DNA of 64,000 nucleotides, from contig JAVJVX010000005.1 of assembly GCA_040220875.1 (NCBI GenBank), positions 521,665 to 585,664 of the forward strand. Reading direction: 5' to 3'. Origin of the DNA: Alphaproteobacteria bacterium (lineage in GTDB: Bacteria > Pseudomonadota > Alphaproteobacteria > JAVJVX01). Made by a program: the position numbers and the translations under genes. Below, in pieces: positions 18,258-28,719 of this stretch (the first letter of the stretch is position 1; each line of letters begins with the position of its first letter). The notes beneath the pieces are model-generated. The model was not told where the DNA came from, made no database searches, and saw only the letters and a list, made by a program, of their open reading frames with translations.

Positions 18258-21026
18258 CTAGCAAATGATGCCGCACTGGCGCGCGCGGAGCACCGCGTCG
18301 ATCCGCCGGTGCACATCAAGCTTGGCGAAGATTTGCTTCAGGTGCCATTTGACGGTGTTCTCGGTCAGGCCCAGCTCGACCGCAATCAGCCGGTTGGGCA
18401 TCCCCCGGCCAACGCGCTCGAGAATTTCGACCTCCCGTGCCTTGAGCGGATCGGACAGGGTCGCCGCCCTGAACGACTCCTCGGCATCAGCCGCCTCGCG
18501 ACCGGACTCGGCCTCGAAAGCAGCGAGAAGGTGAAGCACATATTGCTGCAGATCGCCCGAGACGAAATCGGACAGCAGCCGGTTCGCCGCCAGCAACGAC
18601 TGTATCCGGGCGCCTTCGTCAACGAAGCTGCGCACGAGGCCCGCTGGCGCGCCAAGGCGCAGGGATTGGTGGAGAGCGCGGTGAGCACCGCGCTCGTCCC
18701 CGGTCAGGTCAAGCGCGCGAGCATGCACGAGATGTAATTGGCAGGCGAGCCGCCAGGCGCCCCGATTCTCGAGAAAGCGTGCCCATTTGCGTGCCGGTCC
18801 CGCGGCCGCCGCCGGGTCCTCGCCAGCGAGGCGCAGTCGAATCCAGACGAGTGCCGGCATCAAATCGAGACTGCCGCTGTCCGACCCCGGCAGGATCGCG
18901 GGGCCGTCGGCGGCAATGCCGGCCCGCAGCGCGAGCTCACGTGCCCGATCGGCCTTGCCGGCGGTCAGCAACTGCCGGACCTCCTCCGCGATGAGCGTGA
19001 CGTCGAGACGGGCAAAGCCCTTGTTGCGAGCGATGATGCGCCCTTCGCCGAGAATTCTCAGCGCATCCTCACGCCGGCCCGAGCGCCACAAAATCCGGGA
19101 TTGATAGAGATAGCCGGCGACCAGTTGGTCGACGAACCCGATCTCGTCGGCCATGTGGAGGTTTTCTTCCAGAAGGCCTGCTGCCTTTTCTACTTCGTCG
19201 CGCTCGTAATGGAGCTCGGCCAGCAGCGGGGCGACCACCGCGATCAAGGGCGACTGGTTTCCTGAAAACCGTTTGAGTGATGCGAGGGCTCGCCTGAAGG
19301 AGTCTTCCGCGATATCGAGCCGCCCCATCATCAGGGCGCTGGCCCCCTGAATCCCGTCGAGAAAAGCCAGCCCGACGTGACTGTCCGTCATCTCGAAAAG
19401 ATCGCGCGCGCGCGCGGCCCTCTCCGCCAGGCGCTCGAACTGGAAAAACTCCCGCTCGGCAATGATCAGCACCGCTTCGGTACTGCCGGTCAGGTATGAA
19501 TCCTCGGGCGCCAGCTTGAGGTATTCAGTAGCCAATTCCCGCGTCGCCGCGAGGTCGTCGCGCAGCCCCGCCAGCATCAGCTTATTGTGCAATACGCGGC
19601 TGGCCAGGCTGTGGGACCTGCTCCCGCGCGAATTGCCCCTGTCCGCAGGGAGCCGGTGTTCGATGTCGTCGAGAATTCGCCGCGCTTCATCGAACTGCCA
19701 GCGCATCTGCAGTGCCCAGGCCTGCACCAGCCGGGCGCGGGGATAGTCCTGGAGATAGGATTCAGGGATCCGGCGGAAATAGCGATTGATGAAGGAAATT
19801 TGCCCGGTATATACGATCCGGTCGCTCCAACGGTCGAGCAGCGCGGCCGCTTCGGAAAAATCTTCGGCCCTGAGCGCGTGATCCACCGCCTCGCCAAAAA
19901 GGCCGTTTTCGGAAAACCAGCGCGAGGCCTTGAGATAAATCTCATTCAACCGGATTCCGGCGCCGGCCGCCCGGTTCTCGGCAAATTCGGCCAGCAGGTG
20001 ATGATAGCGGAACCATTTACGGGTCGAGTCCAGCGGCACGATGAACAGGTTGCGATCGGCCAAATAGCGGATCACCTGGGCCGAATCCCGCCTGCCCGTG
20101 ACGAAGTCACATAAATCCGCACAAAATCGTTCCAGGGGTGCCGTCTGCAGCACGAAGGTGTAGACATCCTGGGGCACGTTCGCGAGCACATCCTCGGCCA
20201 GGAAGTCCGCAATATCGGCGTGCGCGCCGGAGAAACTCCGGAGCGCGCCGGTCATGTTCTGTGGTGTGCGGGTCCTGAGCGAGATGGACATGAGCTGCAG
20301 GGCCGCAATCCATCCCTCGGCCTTGTGGTTCAGGAGCGCGAGATCCTCCGCCTCCAGATCTATGTCGAGCGCGGCGCGAAAATAGAGGTTCGCCTCGCTG
20401 ACCGAGAACTTCATATCGTCTGATCTGATCTCGGCAAGGGTCCCCTGCATGCGGAATCGCGCGAGCGGCAGCGCCGGACGTTCCCGGCTGAGCAGCATGA
20501 GATGAAGATTGCCCGGACAGAGCTCCGCCATGAGGCGCACGGCCTCGATCACTTCACCATCTGCCAGAACGTGGAAATCGTCGAGAACGAGCCACACATC
20601 TTCCTCGCGGGCGAGGAGTGCTTCCGTCAGATGAGCCGCGGCGCGAACCGGCGACACGGCCCTGCCCGCTTCCAGAACAGCGGACAAGGCGTGGCCCAGC
20701 TCCGTTCCCGCGTGATCGAGAGCCGCGCATATATATGAGAGAAAGATGTGCAGGTCATTGTCGCCCCGGTCCAGACTGACCCAGGCGACGGTCCGGCCGG
20801 CGCCGCGCGCTTCCTCGGCCCATTGGGCGAACAGGCTGGTCTTGCCGAATCCGGCCGGCGCCACGGCCGCCATGAGCGGGCGCTCGGACAGGGCACACAC
20901 CTTGTCGAGCAGACGCTCGCGGCGGGTCAATCGCCCGGGCCGGGGCAGAAAGACCTTGGTTGAAATAAGGGCCGGCGCTTCCGGCATTCGCCTCTCCTCC
21001 CGCTGGCGAAGCGGGGAGGATAGCAA
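18258..21026 (-). CDS. Large ATP-binding LuxR-family regulator (MalT/LAL-like), copy 1
   Basis: N-terminal P-loop GFGKTSL. 922 aa. C-terminal LuxR HTH (EVEILERVGRGMPNRLIAVELGLTENTVKWHLKQIFAKL). Confidence 0.85.
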   Translation of the reverse strand: MLSSPLRQREERRMPEAPALISTKVFLPRPGRLTRRERLLDKVCALSERPLMAAVAPAGFGKTSLFAQWAEEARGAGRTVAWVSLDRGDNDLHIFLSYICAALDHAGTELGHALSAVLEAGRAVSPVRAAAHLTEALLAREEDVWLVLDDFHVLADGEVIEAVRLMAELCPGNLHLMLLSRERPALPLARFRMQGTLAEIRSDDMKFSVSEANLYFRAALDIDLEAEDLALLNHKAEGWIAALQLMSISLRTRTPQNMTGALRSFSGAHADIADFLAEDVLANVPQDVYTFVLQTAPLERFCADLCDFVTGRRDSAQVIRYLADRNLFIVPLDSTRKWFRYHHLLAEFAENRAAGAGIRLNEIYLKASRWFSENGLFGEAVDHALRAEDFSEAAALLDRWSDRIVYTGQISFINRYFRRIPESYLQDYPRARLVQAWALQMRWQFDEARRILDDIEHRLPADRGNSRGSRSHSLASRVLHNKLMLAGLRDDLAATRELATEYLKLAPEDSYLTGSTEAVLIIAEREFFQFERLAERAARARDLFEMTDSHVGLAFLDGIQGASALMMGRLDIAEDSFRRALASLKRFSGNQSPLIAVVAPLLAELHYERDEVEKAAGLLEENLHMADEIGFVDQLVAGYLYQSRILWRSGRREDALRILGEGRIIARNKGFARLDVTLIAEEVRQLLTAGKADRARELALRAGIAADGPAILPGSDSGSLDLMPALVWIRLRLAGEDPAAAAGPARKWARFLENRGAWRLACQLHLVHARALDLTGDERGAHRALHQSLRLGAPAGLVRSFVDEGARIQSLLAANRLLSDFVSGDLQQYVLHLLAAFEAESGREAADAEESFRAATLSDPLKAREVEILERVGRGMPNRLIAVELGLTENTVKWHLKQIFAKLDVHRRIDAVLRARQCGIIC

Positions 21027-21099
21027 ATTCCGCCCCCCTTTCGCAGGGAAAAAGGGCGAGTGCCGGCCCCTGCCGGCCTCAAATCACCGGGAGCCGGCG

Positions 21100-22212
21100 C
21101 TAGGCGAGGGCGGCCACATCCAGAAGGCCGCCCGTCACGATATTGTTGGGCGACTTGAATGTCGGGATGACGTATTTCCCGATCAGTTCGATCGAACGCA
21201 TGAGCTCCTCGTGTTTCATGATCCCGTCCAGGCGCAGGATGACTTCGTCATAACCGAGCGCCTGAAGGCGGGTAATCTGCTCGATGAAGTAATCGGGTGT
21301 CCCCACCATCAGTCCCGGTGTCGTGCTCTGCACGTAATCAATATCGTTGATGTGCGACTGGATCTTCTCGATCTGGTCCATGTACTTGTAATCGGGTGAC
21401 CGCTTGGCGAGATTTTTGTAAATTTCGATGACTGCGTGGAAAAATTCGATCGTGGTCGGACCGCCCTGCTCCATCGCGTCCTTCTTTGTCTCGGCACAGT
21501 AGGCCGGAAGAACCAGAAATGAGAGAGAGTTGGTCACGAACTTCCCGACCTGTTTTGTCGGCGCGGCGATCTCCTTCTGATAGATCCGGGCGCATTCCTC
21601 GGCGTAGTCCCAGCCGAAATAACTGTCCCACGCCATCGCGCCGATCCCCTTCTCGCCGGCGATCTTGTGCATTTCAAGACTGGTCGTCGCGACATAGATA
21701 GGCGGGTGCGGGTTTTGCAGCGGCTTGGGCGTGAGGTAGACCGGCGTTTTCATATCCCAGTATTTTCCGTGGAACTCTACCTGCTCCTCCGTCATGGCCT
21801 GGACGATGAAATCCAGGGATTCATTCCATTGGGCGCGGGTCTCGGTCGGATCGACGCCCATCGCGTCCATGGTGATGATCGAGTTGGATCGGCCGGTCCC
21901 GAACTCGGCCCGGCCATCGGAGACGAGATCCAGAGTTGCAAGCTGCTCGGCGATCCGCAGCGGGTGATTGAACTTGATCAGGAGGCGGACCATGTGGCGC
22001 AGCTTGATACGGCTCGTGTGGGCGGCGACAGTGCCGTAAAAAACTTCCGTCGCCCCCATCCCGAAATCGCGCAGGAAGTGCTGCTCGGACGAACCCCAGA
22101 AATCGAAGCCCATTTCTTCCGCCAGCACGATCTCGTCGATCATCTCCTTGTAGCGGCGATGATGGGTCGTGCCGTGAGGCACCGTGGCCTCGTGAATAAG
22201 TCCGAACCGCAT
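21100..22212 (-). CDS. LLM-class flavin-dependent (luciferase-like) monooxygenase
   Basis: TIM-barrel LLM features (MRFGLIHE…, …LRLDG…). Start reassigned to the ATG at 22212 with RBS GAGGAG. Confidence 0.85.
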   Translation of the reverse strand: MRFGLIHEATVPHGTTHHRRYKEMIDEIVLAEEMGFDFWGSSEQHFLRDFGMGATEVFYGTVAAHTSRIKLRHMVRLLIKFNHPLRIAEQLATLDLVSDGRAEFGTGRSNSIITMDAMGVDPTETRAQWNESLDFIVQAMTEEQVEFHGKYWDMKTPVYLTPKPLQNPHPPIYVATTSLEMHKIAGEKGIGAMAWDSYFGWDYAEECARIYQKEIAAPTKQVGKFVTNSLSFLVLPAYCAETKKDAMEQGGPTTIEFFHAVIEIYKNLAKRSPDYKYMDQIEKIQSHINDIDYVQSTTPGLMVGTPDYFIEQITRLQALGYDEVILRLDGIMKHEELMRSIELIGKYVIPTFKSPNNIVTGGLLDVAALA

Positions 22213-22418
22213 AATGTTCTCTCCTCGAACGGTAAGATTGTGCGCTATTCTCGCCCCCCGGCCGGCGCCCCCACACCCCTCTATTCGGGTAGGACGCACA
22301 GCACACAGGCCCTGTCGTCTGCCGGGCCGCCCGGCATACGCTACCCGGAACGAGGGGTGACGACCCCGCCCGGCACGTCCCATGCTGGGCGTAACGCAAT
22401 ATCGCAAAGGGGGGCTGA

Positions 22419-22814
22419 ATGGCTGAACCGCAATCCAAGGACTGTTCGGACGGGCTGGTCCGGGCGATGCTGGCGGGCGATCTGGACGCCTTCGTGGCGC
22501 AGTATACCGACGACGCCGTGCTTTACGGACCCGCCAATGTCCAGAGTGTGGGCAAGGAGGCCATCCGCGCCGAGATGGGAGAATTTTTCAAGGTCATCCA
22601 GGCCGATTCCTTCGACTGGGACGATAACGCGGCCGTCTCGGGTGACGTGGCATATCACTGGGGCACCTGGACGTTGAAGGGCAAGAACAAGGTGACGGGC
22701 GATGACCTGGAGCTCAAGGCCAGGACGCTCGACGTACGCCGTCGGCAGGCGGATGGCACCTGGCTCATCGCGGCCGACCACGCCTCATGGTTTCCGCAGG
22801 CACCGGACGCCTAG
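22419..22814 (+). CDS. SnoaL-like/NTF2-fold (DUF4440-type) small protein
   Basis: 131 aa. Typical DUF4440 segments (…FVAQYTDDAVLYGP… …TWLIAADHAS). Confidence 0.5.
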   Translation: MAEPQSKDCSDGLVRAMLAGDLDAFVAQYTDDAVLYGPANVQSVGKEAIRAEMGEFFKVIQADSFDWDDNAAVSGDVAYHWGTWTLKGKNKVTGDDLELKARTLDVRRRQADGTWLIAADHASWFPQAPDA

Positions 22815-23039
22815 CGGGCTTCCGCGAGGTCGACGTCCATCCGCGGCCGATCGGCCGAATCTCCCCGGCGCCCGGGTGCCGGGCGAAAAACCGCCTCCCC
22901 GGGGGCAAGCCGACCGTGAGGAAAGCGGCATCCTGGGGGCATGCGCGCTGAGGACACCGCAAGCGTGCCCCCTGTCGGGGGACACGGAAAAGCCGGCCCG
23001 CCTGCCCTCGGATACCCGGCCCGCCGGTGCGGCGGCGGC

Positions 23040-25847
23040 TCATATCAGGCCGGCGTTTTCCGCCATTCGAACCGCAGCAAGACGACGGCGGACGCCCAGC
23101 TTCTGATAAATGTGGCGTATGTGCCAACGAACCGTCGTAATTCGGATCTTGAGGTGCTGGGCAATTTCACTGTCGGAAAGCCCGGCGCCCATCGCGCGCA
23201 GAACCTCAGCCTCCCGCGGCGTCAACAGGTTCTCGCTGACCGAAGCGACCATGGTGGCAGGCCCCGCCTTGCTCTGCATGAATTTATTGCAGGCCGCGAA
23301 AAACCTGTCGAGGTCGCGCGTGCCCACGAGGCGCGTGGCCTGGTCACGCAAGAGCTGCAGAGTTGGCCAGAGCCATGACAATTCATCATAAACTGTTCGC
23401 CCGAAACCATGCGAATTCGCGAGCCGCGCCGTGGCGCCCAGAACCTCGGCGGCCTTCGCCGTGGTGCCTAACCGGCCATGGAGGCCCACACGCAACAAAT
23501 TTATTTTCAGGAGCGGCCTAAAGGCTCCACCCGCGTCGAGCACCCGGGAGATCGCCTCTAGTGCGGCCGAGGCTTCCTGTAATAATCCTTCGTCTTCGCG
23601 ACCGGCGAGGAGGGCGGCGCGGGCAAATTTTTCGTGCAGCCCCAGGCTTTCCAATGTCAACCCGCGCTTTGACGCCAAACGGAAAGGCGGCGGCGCGCTT
23701 TTCAGGGTGTCGGAGACGATTCCGGCAACGAACGGGAGAGTTTCGATATCACGACCGTCCCGAGCGATCCGAACCACCTGCCCGACGGAGGGAGGGAGCG
23801 CGGCTTGTCGCAAGATCTCGTTCTCGATGGCCACAGAAATTCTTGGATACCCGTATCGTTGGGCGAAATCCTGCGCTTCCTGCGCGACCGTTCTGAAAGT
23901 CCCGGTTGGTCCCCGTTCAGCCATTTTGAGGCGCAGCACATGCGCCACACCAAAAAGATCCGGCAGGGCAAAACTCTGCAGGCAGGGCAGTATTTCTCCG
24001 ATCTGCGCGTTCAGGCCTTCCAGCTCGTTCAATTCGTAACGAATCTCCATTTGCCCGACGATAGCCATTGACTCGAGTGTACTGCGGGTGTCGCCCAAGG
24101 ACTGGGCAAGCTCGACCGCCAGCTGGAAGGAGCGAGACGCCGATTGCCACTTGCCGAGATCACCATGGATGATGCCGGAAATGCAGCAATGATAGATCTT
24201 GCCCAATTGCGCATCGGTCCTGGCATAGAGGCTTTCTGCGCGTTCCAGGATGGGGGTGGCGCTATTGAGATCGCCGGCGTGGCGTGTGGCAAGAGCCAGG
24301 CAAGACCACGTCGTCGCCTCGTCATACAGATTTGCTCCCGAAGACTTGTATGTGTCGAGCCACTGGGTGGCCTGCTCGCGAACGCGGGGCAGATCGTCCT
24401 GAAACAGGGAGAGCATCATCTCACGATGCTTGATCCGGCCTTCCAGGGATAGAAATTTCGCCGCAGAAATCCGCTTTGTCTTTTGGAGGGTTTTGAGACG
24501 TCCGCGTATCCGTTTTAAGACCTGCTCGGCTTCGTCAAAAGATAACTTGCCCTCAAGCGCCCAGACCTGATTCAACAGGATATCAGGAAACCGGTCCACG
24601 ACCGCCATCGGCAGTCCTTCCACGGAATCAAGCAGTTCCTTGATCTTGCCCCGAGAAAAAAGATCCTGTGAGATTGAGCTCACAATGCCGGCGGCCTCGT
24701 CCGTCAATCCCGCAGCAAGGGCGTGTTCAAGCAAATTTTCCTGCGACACGTCCCCGCGACTGAGGAACCTAAAGGCATATTTGTGCCATTGCCTTTTTTT
24801 GTCGGGGGCCTCTTCCTGGAAGATACGGCGAAGGCTCTCGCACAATGTCCGATTTAACTGGAGTTTGCCGGGAACGGATGCCGATGACGGCTCCAGAAGA
24901 AATTCCCGGTCCCGCGCATCCTGGAATGCGTCAAGCAAGGCCGGGGTCCTCGACAAAGAACGGACGTCGTCAATGCCAAACTGTCCAAGTGCGGCCAGTT
25001 GAAACAGGGAATGGCGGGCGGCGCGCGATCGAACCGCCAGAAATTTGGCTCGGACATAATCGTCGAGGATTTCCTCGATCTGACGTTTTGTCGGCCTCGA
25101 TCCGGCCCGGAATTTCTGGTGATGATGCGAGACATGAGCAATGGGCCCGATCCAGCCATCGCTGGCATCGATAAGATCGGAAATGGGCATAGGTGGATCT
25201 TCCGTGCCCGTCACAAGCGAATAATACGTTTGGAGCGATTGCGCGGTATAACGGAGCTTGTCGTGCGTAAAGACTTCCGGAAAAACCGCGCCGTTCGGGA
25301 CCTCTTCCAGAAGAGGGGCTGGCAGCCGCCGGCCGAGCACGACCAGCTTCAATCCTGACTCAGGCGAGGCACCAAGCTCCCCAAGGAGTCTGGCCGCAGC
25401 GCCATTGTCCAATTGCTCGACGTCATCGATTACCAGCGTCGCCGAGATATCCCGCGCTGAAAATTCGTCCAGTAGAAGTGCAGGAAAAAGCATGCGGAGT
25501 GCCGGATTGTTTTGCCGGCGCAGGGTGGCAATACCACTGCCGACAACGAGCCCCGCCCGCGAGAGAGCTGCGACAATGTCACCGAACAACCGGCCCGGCT
25601 CGCTATGGGCGGCCCCCAGACGAAGCCAGGCGACCGTTTGACCGCGCTTGATCGCCCCATCGGCCCAAATGGCGAGAAGGGTCGATTTTCCCCAACCAGG
25701 CGGAGCGACGAGATAGCTTGGGGTTTCGCCGAGCGAGTCGAGGACCGGAGCGGCAGCCGCCGGCGGTGGCAGCGCAAAGGGTGGCAGGGCCACCGGACGG
25801 AAACGGATCTCTCCGCTTAACTGGGCAGAGGCGAGGGGACTGTCCAT
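23040..25847 (-). CDS. Large ATP-binding LuxR-family regulator (MalT/LAL-like), copy 2
   Basis: P-loop GWGKSTL. 935 aa. C-terminal LuxR HTH (EAEVLRAMGAGLSDSEIAQHLKIRITTVRWHIRHIYQKL). Confidence 0.85.
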   Translation of the reverse strand: MDSPLASAQLSGEIRFRPVALPPFALPPPAAAAPVLDSLGETPSYLVAPPGWGKSTLLAIWADGAIKRGQTVAWLRLGAAHSEPGRLFGDIVAALSRAGLVVGSGIATLRRQNNPALRMLFPALLLDEFSARDISATLVIDDVEQLDNGAAARLLGELGASPESGLKLVVLGRRLPAPLLEEVPNGAVFPEVFTHDKLRYTAQSLQTYYSLVTGTEDPPMPISDLIDASDGWIGPIAHVSHHHQKFRAGSRPTKRQIEEILDDYVRAKFLAVRSRAARHSLFQLAALGQFGIDDVRSLSRTPALLDAFQDARDREFLLEPSSASVPGKLQLNRTLCESLRRIFQEEAPDKKRQWHKYAFRFLSRGDVSQENLLEHALAAGLTDEAAGIVSSISQDLFSRGKIKELLDSVEGLPMAVVDRFPDILLNQVWALEGKLSFDEAEQVLKRIRGRLKTLQKTKRISAAKFLSLEGRIKHREMMLSLFQDDLPRVREQATQWLDTYKSSGANLYDEATTWSCLALATRHAGDLNSATPILERAESLYARTDAQLGKIYHCCISGIIHGDLGKWQSASRSFQLAVELAQSLGDTRSTLESMAIVGQMEIRYELNELEGLNAQIGEILPCLQSFALPDLFGVAHVLRLKMAERGPTGTFRTVAQEAQDFAQRYGYPRISVAIENEILRQAALPPSVGQVVRIARDGRDIETLPFVAGIVSDTLKSAPPPFRLASKRGLTLESLGLHEKFARAALLAGREDEGLLQEASAALEAISRVLDAGGAFRPLLKINLLRVGLHGRLGTTAKAAEVLGATARLANSHGFGRTVYDELSWLWPTLQLLRDQATRLVGTRDLDRFFAACNKFMQSKAGPATMVASVSENLLTPREAEVLRAMGAGLSDSEIAQHLKIRITTVRWHIRHIYQKLGVRRRLAAVRMAENAGLI

Positions 25848-26003
25848 GGCGCGTCCGGTCTTCGGTCATTTGGAAACGAAGGTCCACCACAGAGCCTTGT
25901 GACGCATGATCCCCCAGTCGTGGCAGGTTTGTCCATAAACCGATTAGCTGGGGTCGAGGAAAAATGGGGGCGCCTCTCAGACGCCCCCGGAGAAAGCAGG
26001 ATC

Positions 26004-27275
26004 CTATCGCCCGCCATCCAGGACGCGCAGGCTGACCGAATCCTCCTCGACCGTCGGATCGTTGAACTTGGGGTCGAGGATATACATGGTCGCATGCATG
26101 CGCTGGAGATCTATTGTATGCCCCTGGCCGCTCCGCACGATCTGACGCTCGGGCGTCGCGTTATTTGGCGATCCCCACACCTTGAACAGCTGAACCATCT
26201 GCTTCCAGCGTTCGCCTTTCCGATCGAAGAATTCACCCAGGAAGAGGCTGTATTCCTCGGCATCCATATAGATGATTTTCTTGGAGTAAGGGTGATACTC
26301 CGGCGGGGTCGCCTCGATGATGTAAACTTCCCGCGGCTCCCAGAACGCGATCGGGTTCCAGTAAGGTGCCTCCCCCAGATTTACCGCCGGGAACCGTTCA
26401 TCGGCGACGCCGAGGCCCAGGACGCCTTTCAGGAAGGGGCCGGGATTATTGGCTGAGACCAGCATTTTCTGCCGGCCCAGCACCTTGTAGGACGGGTACC
26501 AGGCTGGATGGGCGTTGAAGATATCGAAATCGTCTTGCAACTGGTCTGTCCCGCCGATGGGGTCCATCCAGGCGCCGCCCGAAAGCCGGCGAATCCGGCG
26601 CACGGTCCGGACATAGGCCCAGGTGTCGTTCAGCTTGGGTTCGACATAGCGGATCGCGAAGGTCCCGAGCCCCTCGATGTCATGGGGCTGAAGGGCAAAC
26701 AGGAGCTGTTTGTTGAAAATTGTGCCGTTGCCCGCAGTGTGGCCGTTCCCTACCAGACGCCCGACCATCTTGTAGCTCAACTGGGTCCAGATCTGCTCGC
26801 GATCGAGCCCCTGGGTGCCGTCGATGAGGACCATGGCGAACTCGGGATTGTAGAAGGAATCCCCTTCCTGGCGACCATAGGTGTAATTCCAGATCAGCTT
26901 CAGTCCGGCTTTGGGATCGGACTCGATTTCAACCTCCGGAAAAGGCGCCCCAGCAACCCAGTTCATCGGGGTCTTGGTGGCCGGATCGAGTTGGATCTTT
27001 CCGGCATTGGCCGCTGTCAGCCTGTCCATGAGAGGGTCGCGTGGCCAAGGTGTCGGGTCCATGATGCGAAGCTTAAGATTGTAGTTGCTGACCAGGTGCC
27101 CGACCCCGTCCGCCAGCATGTCGGACACCGGTGTGCCGTCGACGGTCTTGTCCAGACTTTGCTGAAGGTTGTCCTTGGAAATTATGGTGTTTTCGGGCAG
27201 TGCCTCGGCACTGGCCCCGGTCAGCGTGACCGCGCTGAGCATCAGCGTGGTCGCAATGAACCCCATTCTCTTCAT
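26004..27275 (-). CDS. DUF1329 family periplasmic protein, paralog 2
   Basis: Signal peptide, then GAPFPEVEIESDPKAGLKLIWNYT, VRRIRRLSGGAWMDPIGGTD and PREVYIIEATPPEYHPYSKK. RBS GGGGAG lies upstream of the ATG at 27275. Confidence 0.7.
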   Translation of the reverse strand: MKRMGFIATTLMLSAVTLTGASAEALPENTIISKDNLQQSLDKTVDGTPVSDMLADGVGHLVSNYNLKLRIMDPTPWPRDPLMDRLTAANAGKIQLDPATKTPMNWVAGAPFPEVEIESDPKAGLKLIWNYTYGRQEGDSFYNPEFAMVLIDGTQGLDREQIWTQLSYKMVGRLVGNGHTAGNGTIFNKQLLFALQPHDIEGLGTFAIRYVEPKLNDTWAYVRTVRRIRRLSGGAWMDPIGGTDQLQDDFDIFNAHPAWYPSYKVLGRQKMLVSANNPGPFLKGVLGLGVADERFPAVNLGEAPYWNPIAFWEPREVYIIEATPPEYHPYSKKIIYMDAEEYSLFLGEFFDRKGERWKQMVQLFKVWGSPNNATPERQIVRSGQGHTIDLQRMHATMYILDPKFNDPTVEEDSVSLRVLDGGR

Positions 27276-27370
27276 CGGCTTTTCTCCCCAGGATTTGGGC
27301 GGCCCCCATTCAGGCAGGCCGCACCGGTCGCATTCGAATTATCTTTTTCTGGTTTAGGGGGCGGTTGGGC

Positions 27371-28621
27371 TCAGTATTTTATTTCCGAGGCTTTCTTCCC
27401 TCGCACCATCTGGTCCGCCGCTTCGTACAGGTGACGGCAGGTGATTTCCTGATCGGAAAATTGAAGGAACGGCACGGCACCGCTTTTCAACCCTTGCTGC
27501 GTGCTTTCCTCCGTACTGAGGTCTTCGAGAAGCCCGTCCCTGAACTGCACGACCAAAACCTCTTGGGCCAGGCGCTCACCAATGGTCTGAGGCTTGGGCG
27601 AATACATCTTGCAGACCCAGTGAGTTTCATCCACGGCGACCGGCCAAAACTCGTAGGTGAAATACCAGTCGGGGGCCATGTCGATGAAATTGATGGGAAA
27701 GATGACGTTGACCTCGAAGGCGTGATTGGCATCGCCATCCGGGTTTATGCCCGGTGGCGGGCCTTCAGGCAGGCCCCGCGCCTCGCGGTTACGGACCATC
27801 CCGCCGCCGGAATACTTGTAGGCGAGTTGCTCGATCTCCGTGGGCTGGTAATTGGGATTTCGCGGGATCGTCGCAGAGTGGTGGGGGCCGTAAATCCGGA
27901 CAGAAGAGATTCGGGCGGCTTCGCGCGGTGCCTCCACGAAGGCCGGCCCCAGCCAGTTCCGATGCACCCAGCCGACATGATATAATTCATGGAAGGCGTC
28001 GATGAAGACCTTCCAGTTACATTTGACTTGTGCCGACCATTTGCCGATCTGCACCATCTTGTCGAATGGATAGCCGTCGAGCTGTTCCCCGAGTCCGCCC
28101 AGATAGTCTTTCAGGTTCTGCTCCGGCTCCGGCTCCGCGTTGACAAAGATGAACCCGTTCCAAGTTTCTGTTGCGATGGGTGCCAACGCGAGCGTCGCCT
28201 CGTCCAAGTCGAAGAATCTGTCCCTGTCCGTTACGTGGACGAGTTTGCCCATGTTGTCGTAAACCCAGCCGTGGAAGCCGCAGGAAAAGAACTTCGTATT
28301 GCCGTGCTGCTCGTAGCAAACCTGATTGCCCCGGTGCCGGCACGAATTGTGGAATGCGCGAACAATGCCGTCTTTACCGCGCACAACGATAAGATTGGTG
28401 TTCAGGATCGAGATTGGCTTCTGGAAATAGTCACCCGGTTCCGGAATTTCCTGCTCCCGGCCAACCATCATCCAGGTTTTCTTGAATATGTTTTCGCGCT
28501 CCTTCTCGAAATATTCAGGAGATGTATAGGCCTCCGCCGGGATCGGTCCCGTTCCCATGCTGGGGAATTCCGGAGCGAAAAATTTCTCGTAATCGTTCGA
28601 CGTCTTGTCTGTTACTGCCAT
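27371..28621 (-). CDS. Rieske non-heme iron oxygenase, alpha-only type (about 416 aa)
   Basis: Rieske motif CRHRGNQVC…CGFHGW. The ATG at 28621 is preferred over the GTG at 28633 used by the ORF track. Confidence 0.85.
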   Translation of the reverse strand: MAVTDKTSNDYEKFFAPEFPSMGTGPIPAEAYTSPEYFEKERENIFKKTWMMVGREQEIPEPGDYFQKPISILNTNLIVVRGKDGIVRAFHNSCRHRGNQVCYEQHGNTKFFSCGFHGWVYDNMGKLVHVTDRDRFFDLDEATLALAPIATETWNGFIFVNAEPEPEQNLKDYLGGLGEQLDGYPFDKMVQIGKWSAQVKCNWKVFIDAFHELYHVGWVHRNWLGPAFVEAPREAARISSVRIYGPHHSATIPRNPNYQPTEIEQLAYKYSGGGMVRNREARGLPEGPPPGINPDGDANHAFEVNVIFPINFIDMAPDWYFTYEFWPVAVDETHWVCKMYSPKPQTIGERLAQEVLVVQFRDGLLEDLSTEESTQQGLKSGAVPFLQFSDQEITCRHLYEAADQMVRGKKASEIKY

Positions 28622-28719
28622 TGGGGTCCCCACGAATCATCTGCTGTGCCGTTTATCGGAAATTGGCCTTAGAACTCAGGTGATAATCGGGAACAGGGCC
28701 AGGTCTTCGACCGTTTCGG

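Noticed and set aside
18258-25847. Two STAND-like NTPase proteins as possible antiphage (Avs-type) defence genes
   Set aside because: Both end in a canonical LuxR-type HTH rather than a nuclease or other effector domain, so they are MalT/LAL-family transcriptional activators.
27290-27370. Possible tRNA or small RNA in the 95-nt spacer between Rieske 3 and DUF1329 paralog 2
   Set aside because: There is no cloverleaf and no T-loop GGTTCGA or CCA-end pattern. Only a short GC hairpin, most likely an intercistronic stem-loop.
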